Shown piece by piece: positions 16,117 through 26,600 of a DNA stretch of 64,000 nt; position 1 is the first letter of the stretch, and each line of letters begins with the position of its first letter. The notes below the pieces were generated by a model. That model was not told the origin of the DNA. It was given only the letters and a program-made list of their open reading frames with translations, and searched no databases. Both the position numbers and the translations under genes were made by a program. Origin of the DNA: a virus (Duplodnaviria > Caudoviricetes); IMG/VR virus record IMGVR_UViG_3300025663_000002, positions 1-64,000 of that record; one strand, written 5' to 3'.

Positions 16117-18120
16117 ATGGGAATGTTCAACGATGTTAATGATGCAATGGGGCAAGTTGGTGGTTTACTAAAATCACCTGCGATGTCTTCTGTTGATAAT
16201 ATGAAGAACGCTGCCACAAGTTTAAATGTTACTGCAAACTTAGACCAATATATATTAGAGCAAGGGTTTCCTGGACACGGTAATGCGTTCTATCAGCAGA
16301 TGCAAGAGATTCAGAACCTATCAAATGCATTAGACGAATGTGGTAATTTTGCACAAGACTTAATACAGGCGTCTACCGAGGACTATATTAAGAGTACTGG
16401 TATTCAAGAAGCAGGAAGAGACCTTGCGAATACGTTAGGTCAATATAAAGATGAAATTGATTGTGCCGCAGGATTTGCTACACTATTTGATTCTAAAGGT
16501 ATATTAGACGATGTCTTAGGTATTGGAGACTTGCCTCAAATACAGTCACGTGTACAGCAAATTGTTAAAGACGTAACAAACCCAACAAAACTTGCTAACA
16601 TGATTACTAACCTTGACGCAGTTCAGGGTCTACTAGAACCGTTTAACGATTTTTGTACAGGAATGAAGGACGCATTAAACCAATTAGTTGCAAAAGACTT
16701 AGCGTCTATGAATGCTATTCTAAATAAATTAGCACAGTGGGCAGCTTTTACAAACCTTGCTACTGGAGATCCTTGTGCTTTGGTGAATAATAGTAGGATG
16801 TTGGGAGGAATTACAAGTCCAGTAATGGATGACATCCTAGACTTATATGACGGATTGCTTGATGGTGATGTGGTCGGTGCGGTTGGGGATATCTTTGCCC
16901 CAGATATACCGACAGCACTAATTGGAGGTTCGACACTAACTCAAGTGGGGGCAACCACCGTTCCTTTTGGTGAGTATTTCTCAACTATCGGTACTGATGT
17001 TGGGGGAGGTATTACTGCGAGTATTGGTAATATTGTAAAATCGTCAGGAGAACAACTTAGTGAATTCTTAGGTATGGATGGAGGTTCTTCGGTAACAACA
17101 GAAACTGGAGTTGTGACGACGGTATCGGTAAAACAAATATGGAACGGTTCTGATTGGGTAGACGACTCAGACTCTAGTATTATCTCAGGAATGCAGTCTC
17201 TTTCTGTTGGAGCACTTGCAGGAGACAACTCATTCAACCCAGCATTAGATAACTTTAAAAAGATGAAAGAAGGTGTTGAGTTTGAGTCGTTTAATAATAC
17301 AAATGCAGTTAAAACTATTATTTCTGAGTCATGTAGAGGTGGTGTTGGGTCAAACCAATCTGATTGTTTATCAAGTGGGGGGATGTGGTCTACTTCTAAA
17401 TACTCCCCAACAAACAAAGCAATGTCAGATGCAGCTAAAGGTTTGGGTGTTGCTTCGTTTGGCGATGTTGCGAGAGGTTCTGATTTATTCAACTCTACGA
17501 CCAAGGTTGCAGATTCTACAACAGAAACAGTTTCTGGAGGAAACGTTGATTTGAATTCCGTCGAGAACGGTATTGATAATGATTTGGCAACGGAAGAACC
17601 TTCTGGGTCTGGTGCAGATATACCTTCAAATTCATCAGGTAAGTCAAGGGGAAAAACTCAAAGCACATCAAAATCAATAAATAGGAGTGTAGGAAGACCA
17701 ACGATACCAACATCGTTTACACCAACTCCCCCAGCTGCAAATAGAAGACCAGAACAAGGCAAGACTCCATTTTCAACCCCTTCATATAATTCATCCTCTA
17801 CTGGAGCTAAGGTACAAACTCCAGGTTCTACTAATTCGTTTGAAGATAATATTTCTTCGTTCGACTCTGACGTTAATGCAGTTAAAAATGCAATCAGTTC
17901 TGGTGATTTTTCCAATATAACATCTTGTAGGTGTTATGGAGGAAAGGTGTACGATACAGACTCGAGCTCGTGTGCCGCCCACGGAGGTGTTTGGAAATGT
18001 CAAAAAGGAATATCTGGATTAAAATCAGGAAGTATGAAATCAAACGATATGATAACAAATGCAAGAAACGTTGAATTAAGTTCAGTTCTTCCGACATCGT
18101 CAGCATTTAAGGGGTTATAG
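16117..18120 (+). CDS. Hypothetical 667-aa protein between gp5 and PAAR
   Basis: Long ORF with GGAG SD; helical N-terminal half, S/T/G/P-rich C-terminal half with Cys/Trp modules. Confidence 0.8.
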   Translation: MGMFNDVNDAMGQVGGLLKSPAMSSVDNMKNAATSLNVTANLDQYILEQGFPGHGNAFYQQMQEIQNLSNALDECGNFAQDLIQASTEDYIKSTGIQEAGRDLANTLGQYKDEIDCAAGFATLFDSKGILDDVLGIGDLPQIQSRVQQIVKDVTNPTKLANMITNLDAVQGLLEPFNDFCTGMKDALNQLVAKDLASMNAILNKLAQWAAFTNLATGDPCALVNNSRMLGGITSPVMDDILDLYDGLLDGDVVGAVGDIFAPDIPTALIGGSTLTQVGATTVPFGEYFSTIGTDVGGGITASIGNIVKSSGEQLSEFLGMDGGSSVTTETGVVTTVSVKQIWNGSDWVDDSDSSIISGMQSLSVGALAGDNSFNPALDNFKKMKEGVEFESFNNTNAVKTIISESCRGGVGSNQSDCLSSGGMWSTSKYSPTNKAMSDAAKGLGVASFGDVARGSDLFNSTTKVADSTTETVSGGNVDLNSVENGIDNDLATEEPSGSGADIPSNSSGKSRGKTQSTSKSINRSVGRPTIPTSFTPTPPAANRRPEQGKTPFSTPSYNSSSTGAKVQTPGSTNSFEDNISSFDSDVNAVKNAISSGDFSNITSCRCYGGKVYDTDSSSCAAHGGVWKCQKGISGLKSGSMKSNDMITNARNVELSSVLPTSSAFKGL

Positions 18121-18121
18121 T

Positions 18122-18412
18122 ATGCCTTCTGCGGTTAGATTAGGCGACGTTTGTACAGGACACGGTTGTTATGGTGGAAGGGCGAATGCATCTGCGTCTG
18201 GAAACGTTATGATCAATAGTCGTGGAGCTCATCGAGTTGGTGACGCATGGGGAGAACATGGTTGTGCAGTTTGCCCAGACCACGGAAGTAGTCAGGCATC
18301 AGGAAGTCCTACTGTATTTGTAAATAGTAGACCACTAGCAAGGGTGGGTGATTCTGTTGCGTGTGGGAGTGCAAATTCGACAGGTTCTGGTAACGTAATC
18401 GCCAACGGTTAG
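18122..18412 (+). CDS. 5.4: PAAR spike-tip protein gp5.4
   Basis: AVRLGDVCTGHGC...SPTVFVNSRPLARVGDSVACG. Confidence 0.92.
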   Translation: MPSAVRLGDVCTGHGCYGGRANASASGNVMINSRGAHRVGDAWGEHGCAVCPDHGSSQASGSPTVFVNSRPLARVGDSVACGSANSTGSGNVIANG

Positions 18413-18420
18413 TATAAATA
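18413..18420 (+). promoter_or_regulatory. T4-type late promoter TATAAATA
   Basis: Exact motif upstream of gp25. Confidence 0.7.
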
Positions 18421-18447
18421 TAATATAGTGAACTTAAAGGATTATAG

Positions 18448-18852
18448 ATGAAACCGTTACGCAGAGAAGTCAATAGAAGATACAAAGACATTGATTTGGA
18501 TATGATGGTACACCCTCATACCGACGATATCGTAGGACGTTATGACGACGAAGCGTTGACTGGGTCGATCCTTAATATCATTAAAACTAGAAAGGGTGAA
18601 CGTGTGTTTAATCCAGATTTTGGTTCAAATGTATATAATTCTTTGTTTGAACCAATGACTTCTACTACAAGGATAACCCTTGAGGCACAGATTGAAAATG
18701 CATTACATCAACACGAACCAAGGATTAATTTAAATTTTGTCAAAATAATTGGTGACGAAGAACGTAACGCATATAATGTAACAATAGGATATTCCCCAGT
18801 TAGTGGTGGTGGCATACGTGAAGTAGAATTCTTTTTAAATAGATTAAGATAA
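18448..18852 (+). CDS. 25: Baseplate wedge subunit gp25
   Basis: YKDIDL...SILNIIKTRKGERVFNPDFGS...HEPRI. Confidence 0.93.
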   Translation: MKPLRREVNRRYKDIDLDMMVHPHTDDIVGRYDDEALTGSILNIIKTRKGERVFNPDFGSNVYNSLFEPMTSTTRITLEAQIENALHQHEPRINLNFVKIIGDEERNAYNVTIGYSPVSGGGIREVEFFLNRLR

Positions 18853-18860
18853 GGTGTAAT

Positions 18861-20633
18861 ATGGCACAAAACGATAAACAATTAAATGTTTCTGATTTAG
18901 AATTTGGTAATATTAAAAAGAACATTAAGGACTTTTTAAGAGACCAAGACACATTTACCGACTACGATTTCGAGGGTTCTGGTATGTCTGTAATGCTTGA
19001 TGTAATGGCATACACCACCCACTACATGGGATTCCATGCCAATATGGCAATCAATGAGTCGTTTCTAGACACAGCAACACTTAGAAACTCAGTAGTCTCT
19101 CACGCAAAGACTATTGGATATACACCAAGTTCGGTTACTTCTTCCGAGGCAATCATTAAGTTGTCATTTAATACTACTGGACTTGATCCAAGTTCAATTC
19201 CCGTTGAAAAGGGAACTACGTTTACATCTACTGTAAATGGAAACGCATTACAATTCGTTGCTTTAGAAACTGTGAATATATACCCAGATGAGTCTGGCGA
19301 CTTCACTGGTGAAATTAAAGTAAATCAAGGAACATTGAAAGGTCTAGAATGGACAGTTGATGGTACAGATACTCAATCGTATTTAATTAGAGACGCCGGG
19401 TGTGACAGGTCGACTATCGCTTTGGGTATTATTGAACCACCAGCAGACTTTTCAGTTCCGTGGACTAATAATGAATTGTTGTCGGAACTAGTTCCGTTCT
19501 CTCAAGTGTGGTTTGTACAAGAAGGTTTAGACGAAGTTACTGAAATCTATTTCGGTAATGGTATATTTGGCAAAAAACCAAAGTTAGGGCAAAAGGTTTC
19601 TGTTGTTTATTTATCAACAGACGGAGAAATTGGTAATTATACATCCACACTTAGAGACCAAGTATTTTCATTAGATGTTGCTATTGGTGGTGATTATGAT
19701 TCAAACCGAGTTACTATTGAAACTGTTAATGCTTCAAATTTAGGGGACTCTGCAGAATCAACCGAATCTATTAGACAAACAGCACCTAAGTCTTACGAAA
19801 GGCAAAACCGTGCTGTTACTGCGGAAGACTACAAAACTATTCTTTTAGAAAAATATCCTAATATTGATTCTATATCAGTTTGGGGTGGCGAAGATAACGA
19901 CCCACCACAATACGGTGCTGTGTTTATCTCAATCAAACCTAAACACGGACTTGAATTATCTCCAATTACTAAGAATCATATTAAAGATGATATTCTTTCT
20001 AAGTATAATATGTTAGCAATTACCCCTATTATTGTTACTCCAGAATACACATATATTGATATCGAGACAACAGTTAATTACGACCCACTGACAACTTCAT
20101 TATCGCTCGGTGAGATTCAGAACGAAGTTAGGTCTAGTGTTGCATCATTCTTCGAGAGTGAAATTACAGAATTTAAAGTTGACTTAAAGTTTTCTAAGAT
20201 GACTAGAGTTATTGACGATGCAGAAAGTTCTATTACGAATAACACAACTACGTTGAAAATTTATAAGAAATTTTATACACAATCTTCTAATACTATTGGT
20301 AATTACATATTCAAATTTAATAATAAATTGAATCCAGGTTCGGTTGTGTCTTCTGTATTTGGATCTACAGTTGATGGTTCTCAGATGGCACTATTAGACG
20401 ACGGACAAGGTAATGTATTGCTTTACGATATTATCGCAGAAGGGTTCATTAATACATCACAAGGAAGTATTGACTATGAAGAAGGGACTATCGAATTGAT
20501 TGGATTCAGCCCCGTACTTGATAATAATACAGTGATATCGTTGTATGCGACCCCCAAGGTTAATGATATTAGTACAATACGTAATAATCTATTGGTACTA
20601 AATAGTACAAACGTTATTGTTAAACCCATCTAA
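18861..20633 (+). CDS. 6: Baseplate wedge subunit gp6
   Basis: LEFGNIKKNIKDFL...DYDFEGSG...NESFLDTATLRNSVVSHAK...QNRAVTAEDY...VWGGEDN. Confidence 0.95.
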   Translation: MAQNDKQLNVSDLEFGNIKKNIKDFLRDQDTFTDYDFEGSGMSVMLDVMAYTTHYMGFHANMAINESFLDTATLRNSVVSHAKTIGYTPSSVTSSEAIIKLSFNTTGLDPSSIPVEKGTTFTSTVNGNALQFVALETVNIYPDESGDFTGEIKVNQGTLKGLEWTVDGTDTQSYLIRDAGCDRSTIALGIIEPPADFSVPWTNNELLSELVPFSQVWFVQEGLDEVTEIYFGNGIFGKKPKLGQKVSVVYLSTDGEIGNYTSTLRDQVFSLDVAIGGDYDSNRVTIETVNASNLGDSAESTESIRQTAPKSYERQNRAVTAEDYKTILLEKYPNIDSISVWGGEDNDPPQYGAVFISIKPKHGLELSPITKNHIKDDILSKYNMLAITPIIVTPEYTYIDIETTVNYDPLTTSLSLGEIQNEVRSSVASFFESEITEFKVDLKFSKMTRVIDDAESSITNNTTTLKIYKKFYTQSSNTIGNYIFKFNNKLNPGSVVSSVFGSTVDGSQMALLDDGQGNVLLYDIIAEGFINTSQGSIDYEEGTIELIGFSPVLDNNTVISLYATPKVNDISTIRNNLLVLNSTNVIVKPI

Positions 20634-20648
20634 TAGATAAAGGTAATT

Positions 20649-23600
20649 ATGTCTAATAAGCAATTCACTGAGTCTCCGGCTAAGTTTCTTTCTATATTTG
20701 TAGAAAGAATGGTTCCCGAATATGTTCGAGAAGACCATCCAATGTTCGTTACATTCATGCAAAAGTATTTTGAATACTTAGAACGTGAAACCGACGTTAA
20801 TGGAGAACTGGGTGAATACAAACAAATATCAGACCTTATTCAAAATGTTGATATTGACCACACATTAGACCAATTCATTCCAGAATTTGAGAAGCAATAT
20901 CTCCATAATATCCCACACGAAGCAATTGGTGCTGAGGTTGAAACCACAGATAAATCATTCCTTACTAAGAACATTAAAGAGTCTTATAAAGAAAAAGGTA
21001 CTAAAAGTGCTTTGGACTTTCTATTCAGACGTGAATTTGATACAGAAGCGTATGTAGCATATCCTAAAGACTTTATGTTAAAAGCATCGGGTTCTATTTG
21101 GTACGAACCTCAATGGTTAGAAGTATCAGAACCAGAAGAAGATGTAAGGAAACTCTATAATAAGAAAGTGATCGGGCAAATTTCTGGTGCAACTGCCTTT
21201 GTAGATATTGAAGAAACTGCGGTTATGCCAGAAATAGAGAAATTACTTTTGACGCAAGTCGAAGGTTCTTTTGTTCAGGGTGAAGAAATTTGGGAAGAAG
21301 TCGGAACTAGTGGACTAACTCCTAATAAATTAACAGTAGTTTCTGATGGCATTATTGCACCTGCTACTTGTTACATTAATGGTGTTGCGTGGAGTACGAC
21401 TTATGGGGCAAACGTTCCACAAACGAAAACTGCATGTGAATCTTTAAAAGAAACAGACAATACAATTAAAACAGCAGTTTGGCTGCCTAATGGTTATTGG
21501 GTCGACTCGGCAGGTTTCTTGTCTTCTGATAGAAAGATGCAGGACAACAATTACTACCAAGACTTTTCTTATGTAATTCGTTCAGACGTTCCTGTACAAG
21601 CATATAGGGACGTATTAAAGAAATTAGTACACCCCGTTGGACTTAAATTATTCGCAGAATATATGTTTGAGACAACTGTTCCTATGGGAACAAAATTACC
21701 TGAAAAATACGCTGCATATCTTATTGCGATATTCTCTTATCTTGATGTTGCGGTTGATATTTACCCTAACGGTAAGTGTTCTGATTATCAAATTACAGAT
21801 GAGATGACATGTAACGATAGTGGAGCAACTTGGACTAGAGGACAAAGTTACCGTACCACTCACCGTAAAACATACGAATGGACTAGACCAGAAACGTTTG
21901 AGTTACAAGAAGATATTACTATTCCTTGGAACCATATGCGTTCGGACGGAACTACCCGTGAAGATATAGTAAACGGAGTTCCTCAAGGAAGCGGTCAAGA
22001 CGAAGTAATATTATCTGGAACGATAATCAATACAACTTTACCTAAAGGTGAAGAACGTTACAGAACAAAAGTTTGGAAATGTTCTGAACCAACAGGTAAC
22101 TACTCTTATGGAAGCGAATCCGAACTACTAGTCGCCAGCACTAATTGTTTTGCGGCTGGAGGAGAGTGGTCACAGCATATTACTGGTTCTAATTATTCGG
22201 ATATGACCGATGAGTGGATTTTCGTTGATAATCAATGGAAACCCGAGAGCATATACACCAAGAAAGAAACTCAAATTGGAGAAGAACATGAAGGGTTTGA
22301 GAAATTCTTAGACCAAGGTTTTGAAGATTATGTATTAGAGATTCTAAAGAAAACTGAAGTAAAATCTGAAATTTTAGAACCATTAGATTGGAATCATCCT
22401 ACAGACCATCTACTTCTTGACGTTACAACAGAACCTAATGTAATCGGTACTCGACTTCATAGTAAGTTATATCAAGTATTCACAATGAATGAAAACATTA
22501 AGTTAGGACTTGATGCTTTCCCTGAAAAATTGATATTGGCATATTATCAGCAAATTAAAATTCTAGACACTGAAGTCCAAGGCGCCTTAGATAATACATT
22601 AAATATACGCAGAACCTTTAAAGGAATAAAAGAATATCAAACAACTAATTCTGTATGTTCAGATCCAACAATAACATCATACACAGAATGTGTTGATGGA
22701 GGAACTTGTTCGGATTCAAATTACAACAACGACGAATATTCTTGTTTAAATGTTGGTTCGTGTTCCAGTGCTGCTGATGGGTTATTTACCGAACTATTAT
22801 GTAAAGGTTCTGGGTTTATATGGACACCACAATCGCCAGAAAACGTTTGGACATCTTCTGGTAATACTTGGACGCACGAGAATGTAGATTGGTTAGGAAC
22901 TTATAACGAAGAATTCAAAGCAACAGACGGTCGTATGATTGGTTGTGAAGTTTGGGAATTATTGGTTGCTAAAGGTCTTGAATCTATCCTTGAATATAAC
23001 TTAAGAATAGTTCAAGTAGAGTCGTATGCTCCTCAACAAAATTACCGTTTCTGGGAACAGAATAGAGAAAATACAATAATTCAATCTATTTACGGTAACA
23101 CGAATGATATTATCGATGCTGTGCATATTGAAGCGTTTGATGTCGACGGAGGAATACGTACACATATGCACGGGGAGGTAGATGGATTTGCCCCTATGGT
23201 CGACACCGTATTAACTAAAGGTGTAGATTTACCTCAAATGGCAGTCGGTGCTTCTGCGTTCCATACTCATTCGTTTGATGGAACAGAATTAAAGAATTTA
23301 TTAGTACACGGAAAGTCAATAGACGCTAGTGGAATTTCATACCAACAAACACGCGATCTATTAAACCGTGAGGCATTTGAAATACCAGATTTCCACGGCG
23401 CTAACTTAGTTTGTGGTGGTATTATGACTCCTCCTCTATGGGGCGATTGGGTTGATTCAGTTCAAGATCCTCGTTATAACGGTGTTGGAGAATGTTTCAA
23501 TTCTATTTACGAAAATGAGACAGATTGTGTAGGTTTCTACGGTGATCCTATGTTCTGGATGAGTCCTTCGTGTTCCGACCAAGCAAGTGCTGATGAAGCA

Positions 23601-26600
23601 ACGTGTCATAATGTTGGTCATTCTTGGGGATACTTTACATTAGCAGAACTTCCTCCTATGAAAGGACACGTTTCATATTTCGTTAAAGGAGAAGTAGTAG
23701 ATAGACAACGTGGACGTACTGCAGACCCTCTTACTAGAGAACAAGCAAGACAACTAATTGATGGTGATATTGCTTCTGTAACACTTTACGATAACGTCGG
23801 AGCTTTAGATAAAGAAGGAAACCCTACATACGACGAAAATGATATTACTATTGGTGGAACAATTACAAATATTCGTGGAGAAATTACTAGTGGTCACTAT
23901 CACGAATATGCTGTAACATATGATGCAGATTGGAAAACTAAACAAGATTGGCGAGGCAACAATTTAACGCACGGGTTCGTTTACACACCAGTAACTACGT
24001 TCTTGTGTTTTAACTATAAACCAGATTTACCTGTTGACGAGACAATCATGGGTGGTATGGATTTCACTGGTCAACCATGGCCACAAAATGTATTCATGGA
24101 TGTTCCAGATTCATACGTTGGAGGATTCTTAAATAATCCAGATATCACATTACAACACAATCAAGTATGGGCTGAAGATTTAAACCCTAATGTAGATTGG
24201 GTTGAAATATATTCATCTAACTTTATTCAAGATGTTCCTGGTTCGGGTACGATTGACGACTTGATTGGTGCAGAACAAGTTGGGGTTAATACTGATATTG
24301 CTACAATCAAAGCATATCCAAGAATGAATGAAGATTACATCGCATTGATAGACCAATCAGGTTTCATTTATTTACAGAAGGTGTCTGGTGAATGTTCAGA
24401 TAATGCTTGGGGTAATAAACAAGATTGTTTAGACCTAGCAGGTATTTGTTCCAATACAACATTTAATAACAATCAAATTTTATGTGAAAGTTCTGGTACT
24501 TGTTCAGACATCACATTTACTGACGAAACTCTTTGTTTGGTTGATGGTACTTGTTCAGACGGACTACTTCTTACGCAATCTACGTGTGAAAGTGCGGGCA
24601 CTTGTTCAGATGTTTCATATACAGCAGAAAATATATGCACTTCGTCTGGTGAAACTTGGACTCCCGCGGGTAACGTTTGGTCCACAATAAATAGTTGGAG
24701 TTTAGAGACTTGGACTCCTGCAACAAACACGTGGACAGTTCCTGATACAGCACCTTTATTGTTCATGGACTTGACTTCATTACAACATGTTATTGGATTA
24801 GGTCCGTTTGGGAATTACGACGAACGTGGTGTACTAGGTTTAGCATTCCATCCAGATTATGTCAATAATGGTAAATTCTACGTTTACTATATGACAGAGC
24901 AAGGTGGAGGTACTGGATCGTTTGGATATCCGTTATCTACATCTGTTATTTCTGAATTCACTGCTACTTTTGGTGGTAATTGGGACGTTGCTGATGTCAC
25001 TTCAGAAAGAATTCTACTAGAAATCCCTCAACCAGATATGAACCACAACGGTGGTGAGTTAGAATTCGGTCCAGATGGATACTTATACATCGGTTTAGGT
25101 GATGGTGGTAATGCTGGCGACACATCAACAACAACAGGTCATGGAGGTCATGGTGATTACGGTAATGCTCAGAATCCAACAAACCTATTAGGCAACATTT
25201 TAAGAATTGATGTAACGGAAGATACTGTTAATAGTATGCCGTACACAATTCCTGCGGATAACCCATTCATTAATTCAATTTATAAAGAAGGTCAGGCAGA
25301 AGCACAACCATTCAGACCAGAAATATATGCATACGGATTTAGAAATCCGTGGAGATTTTCTTTCGATACAGACGATAGATTGTGGTGTGCAGACGTAGGA
25401 CAGAACAAATTTGAAGAGGTAAACATTGTTGAAAAGGGTGGCAACTATGGTTGGAGAGTAATGGAATCATATCATTACTACGAAGAACAGCAGTCTGTAA
25501 TCGACCAAATGGCAATTGACTTAGGGTACACCACTACATTAGAGTATTTAAGCGATTTGAAGAAACCTATCCATGAATATTCTCACGGAACTGGTATTTC
25601 TGTCTTAGGTGGGTTTGTTTATCGTGGCACAGAAGTTCCAGAATTGACAGGTAAGTATATATTTGGAGATTGGGGTAAAACTTGGGAAGGCACTAGTGGA
25701 CAACTATTTGCTTTAGAAGAAACCGTAGCAGGACTTGCTGCGAACTTTAATGTGTTGCCAAATGCAGTTAATGGGGCGACGCACAGTCATACATTAACAT
25801 TAACCACAGCAGAAGTTGACTTCTTACAAGCAAACCCAGGAAGTCCAGTAGTAACAATACAAACAGATTCAGTGCATGCCGAGTTTTATGTTCATACGTT
25901 TACGGTGACGTATAGTTCTGCTGATGGATTGTTCCATATCATTGGACAAACAAACCCAGAAGGTCATGACTTATTAGAGTTCGATGGTTGGTCTGACGAT
26001 GTTGGATATAATAGAAGGTCTTTATCTTTCTGGGATCCTGTTACGGAAATTGTAACATTAACCACATTCGACGAATCTCTTTTAACTATGGGCGAAGATA
26101 CACAAGGTGAGATTTATTTCTCAACTAGAGTTGGTATTGGCACATTCAGACCGCCTGGTATTGGACCGAATAATACTAAAATCTTTAAGATTACAGACTC
26201 TTATAGTTCAGTTGACGTTCCAAACGCTCCAGCTCAAATTCCAGTAACACAAAAAGCTCATACACATGGATATAAAGTAACATACAACTTCACCGAACAA
26301 ATGTTTGAGGTTGTTGAAATTTCTGATATTGAAATGTCAACGTGGGACGCATTTTGGCCAATATGGGAGATTAATGATCCAGCTTCGCACGTCCATCCAG
26401 TTATTACTGCATGGTCCCATGCAGTTGATGTTGAAATACCATTAGGTTCTTCTGCTGGTTGGCACTTCGACGAGGTTACTCAAGAATGGGGACCATACGA
26501 TATTGGTGCTGATACTGCTTGGGCGCCTCCTTCTGTTGATACTGGTGGTTATGTTACAATTGACGTTGCACCAAACCTTGCGGTGTCAATGGCAAATGAA

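Noticed and set aside
16941-17504. 187-aa minus-strand ORF (similarly 36187..36717 and 49847..50563)
   Set aside because: Fully antisense to well-supported genes; no recognisable motifs.
24490-24620. 51-bp periodic DNA repeats resembling a CRISPR array
   Set aside because: In-frame coding repeats of the Cys module; the conserved part is only about 14 bp; no cas genes.
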